A DNA stretch of 64,000 nucleotides from an uncultured Bdellovibrionales bacterium. GTDB taxonomy: Bacteria; Bdellovibrionota_C; UBA2361; SZUA-149; CAZDIO01. The DNA is taken from contig CAZDIO010000102.1 in the NCBI GenBank assembly GCA_964505555.1, positions 13,355-77,354 of the forward strand. Reading direction: 5' to 3'. This document shows positions 63,460 through 64,000 of the stretch, one piece after another; the stretch's first letter is position 1; each line of letters opens with the position of its first letter. The notes under the pieces were generated by a model. That model was not told where the DNA came from. It searched no databases and worked only from the letters and a program-made list of their open reading frames with translations. A program made the position numbers and the translations under genes.

Positions 63460-64000
63460 ATGACAAAAGACCAAGTGTTGGTAGTTGTGCCTAATTACAA
63501 CGGTGGAAAAATCGTATTGGAATGTATCCAATCAATTTTAAAACAAACCTACCCACACATTGAACTGGTTGTTGTTGATAATGCCTCCACAGATGGCTCT
63601 CGTGCTGAAATAGAAAAAACATTTCCACAACTCCGAATCATCGATTCCGGATACAACGCGGGATGGGGTATCGCCTGTAACATCGGAATGAAGGCAAGTG
63701 AAAGCGAATACATCGTTCTTGTAAATAATGACGCTGTTTTAGATCCTCACTGCGTAGAGGAGATGGTCAAAGTTGTTACTTCAGACAAACGTTGTGGTTC
63801 GGTAGCAAGCCGTATTTTGTTGATGGATAAACCAGATACCATCGAAGTATGTGGCTTGGTAATTTATCGAGACGGTTTTTCCTGCGGACGGGGTCGGCTT
63901 GAGAGCGCAAACCGTTACTTAGAAGCTGAAGAGGTATTTTGTGCCAACGACTGTTGTTGTCTCTACCGTCGTGAGATGATTAACGACATTGGAGATTACG
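63460..64000 (+). CDS. Glycosyltransferase family 2, N-terminal 180 codons (gene runs off the right window edge)
   Basis: Own translation from ATG 63460: MTKDQVLVVVPNYNGGKIVLECIQSILKQTYPHIELVVVDNASTDGS...GYNAGWGIACNIG...LVNNDAV. It stays open to position 64000. It is absent from the track because it has no stop. Confidence 0.8.
   Translation, partial: MTKDQVLVVVPNYNGGKIVLECIQSILKQTYPHIELVVVDNASTDGSRAEIEKTFPQLRIIDSGYNAGWGIACNIGMKASESEYIVLVNNDAVLDPHCVEEMVKVVTSDKRCGSVASRILLMDKPDTIEVCGLVIYRDGFSCGRGRLESANRYLEAEEVFCANDCCCLYRREMINDIGDY

Overview
This 64-kb window comes from an unidentified diderm bacterium and looks moderately AT-rich by eye. I saw no rRNA, tRNA, CRISPR array, transposase or integrase. 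About 1-27 kb is a large envelope-glycan locus. It holds Wzz/Wzy/Wzx-like proteins, a small phosphoglycosyl transferase, three DegT-family aminotransferases, a WbpB/WbpE/WbpD-like trio, a split transketolase pair, methyltransferases, GT2/GT4 enzymes and several GT-C-like membrane proteins. About 27-36 kb holds a UbiD-family decarboxylase, a 57-aa Flp-type pilin gene missing from the ORF track, a flagellin with a well-spaced sigma-54-type promoter, an SLT lytic transglycosylase, OsmC, a toxin-antitoxin-like pair and icd. About 36.6-40.8 kb holds a plasmid-type RepA-like initiator and chromosomal-type parAB, divergent across the longest non-coding, AT-rich stretch of the window (0.9 kb). Core genes flank it (icd, polyprenyl synthase, hemD, hemB). 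About 44-53 kb is the most unusual part. It contains a glycine-zipper protein, a degenerate higBA module and an operon led by a FliA-like sigma factor. That operon encodes SctJ, a split SctQ, two needle-family proteins, SctV and a TPR lipoprotein, but no ATPase, export gate or secretin lies in the window. The right end carries more glycosyltransferases, a CPBP protease, pgl, serA and a CheY-like receiver. Four families of long palindromic intergenic repeats (A-D) recur at gene 3' ends. All functional calls come from reading the translations and from remembered family motifs; no searches were run.
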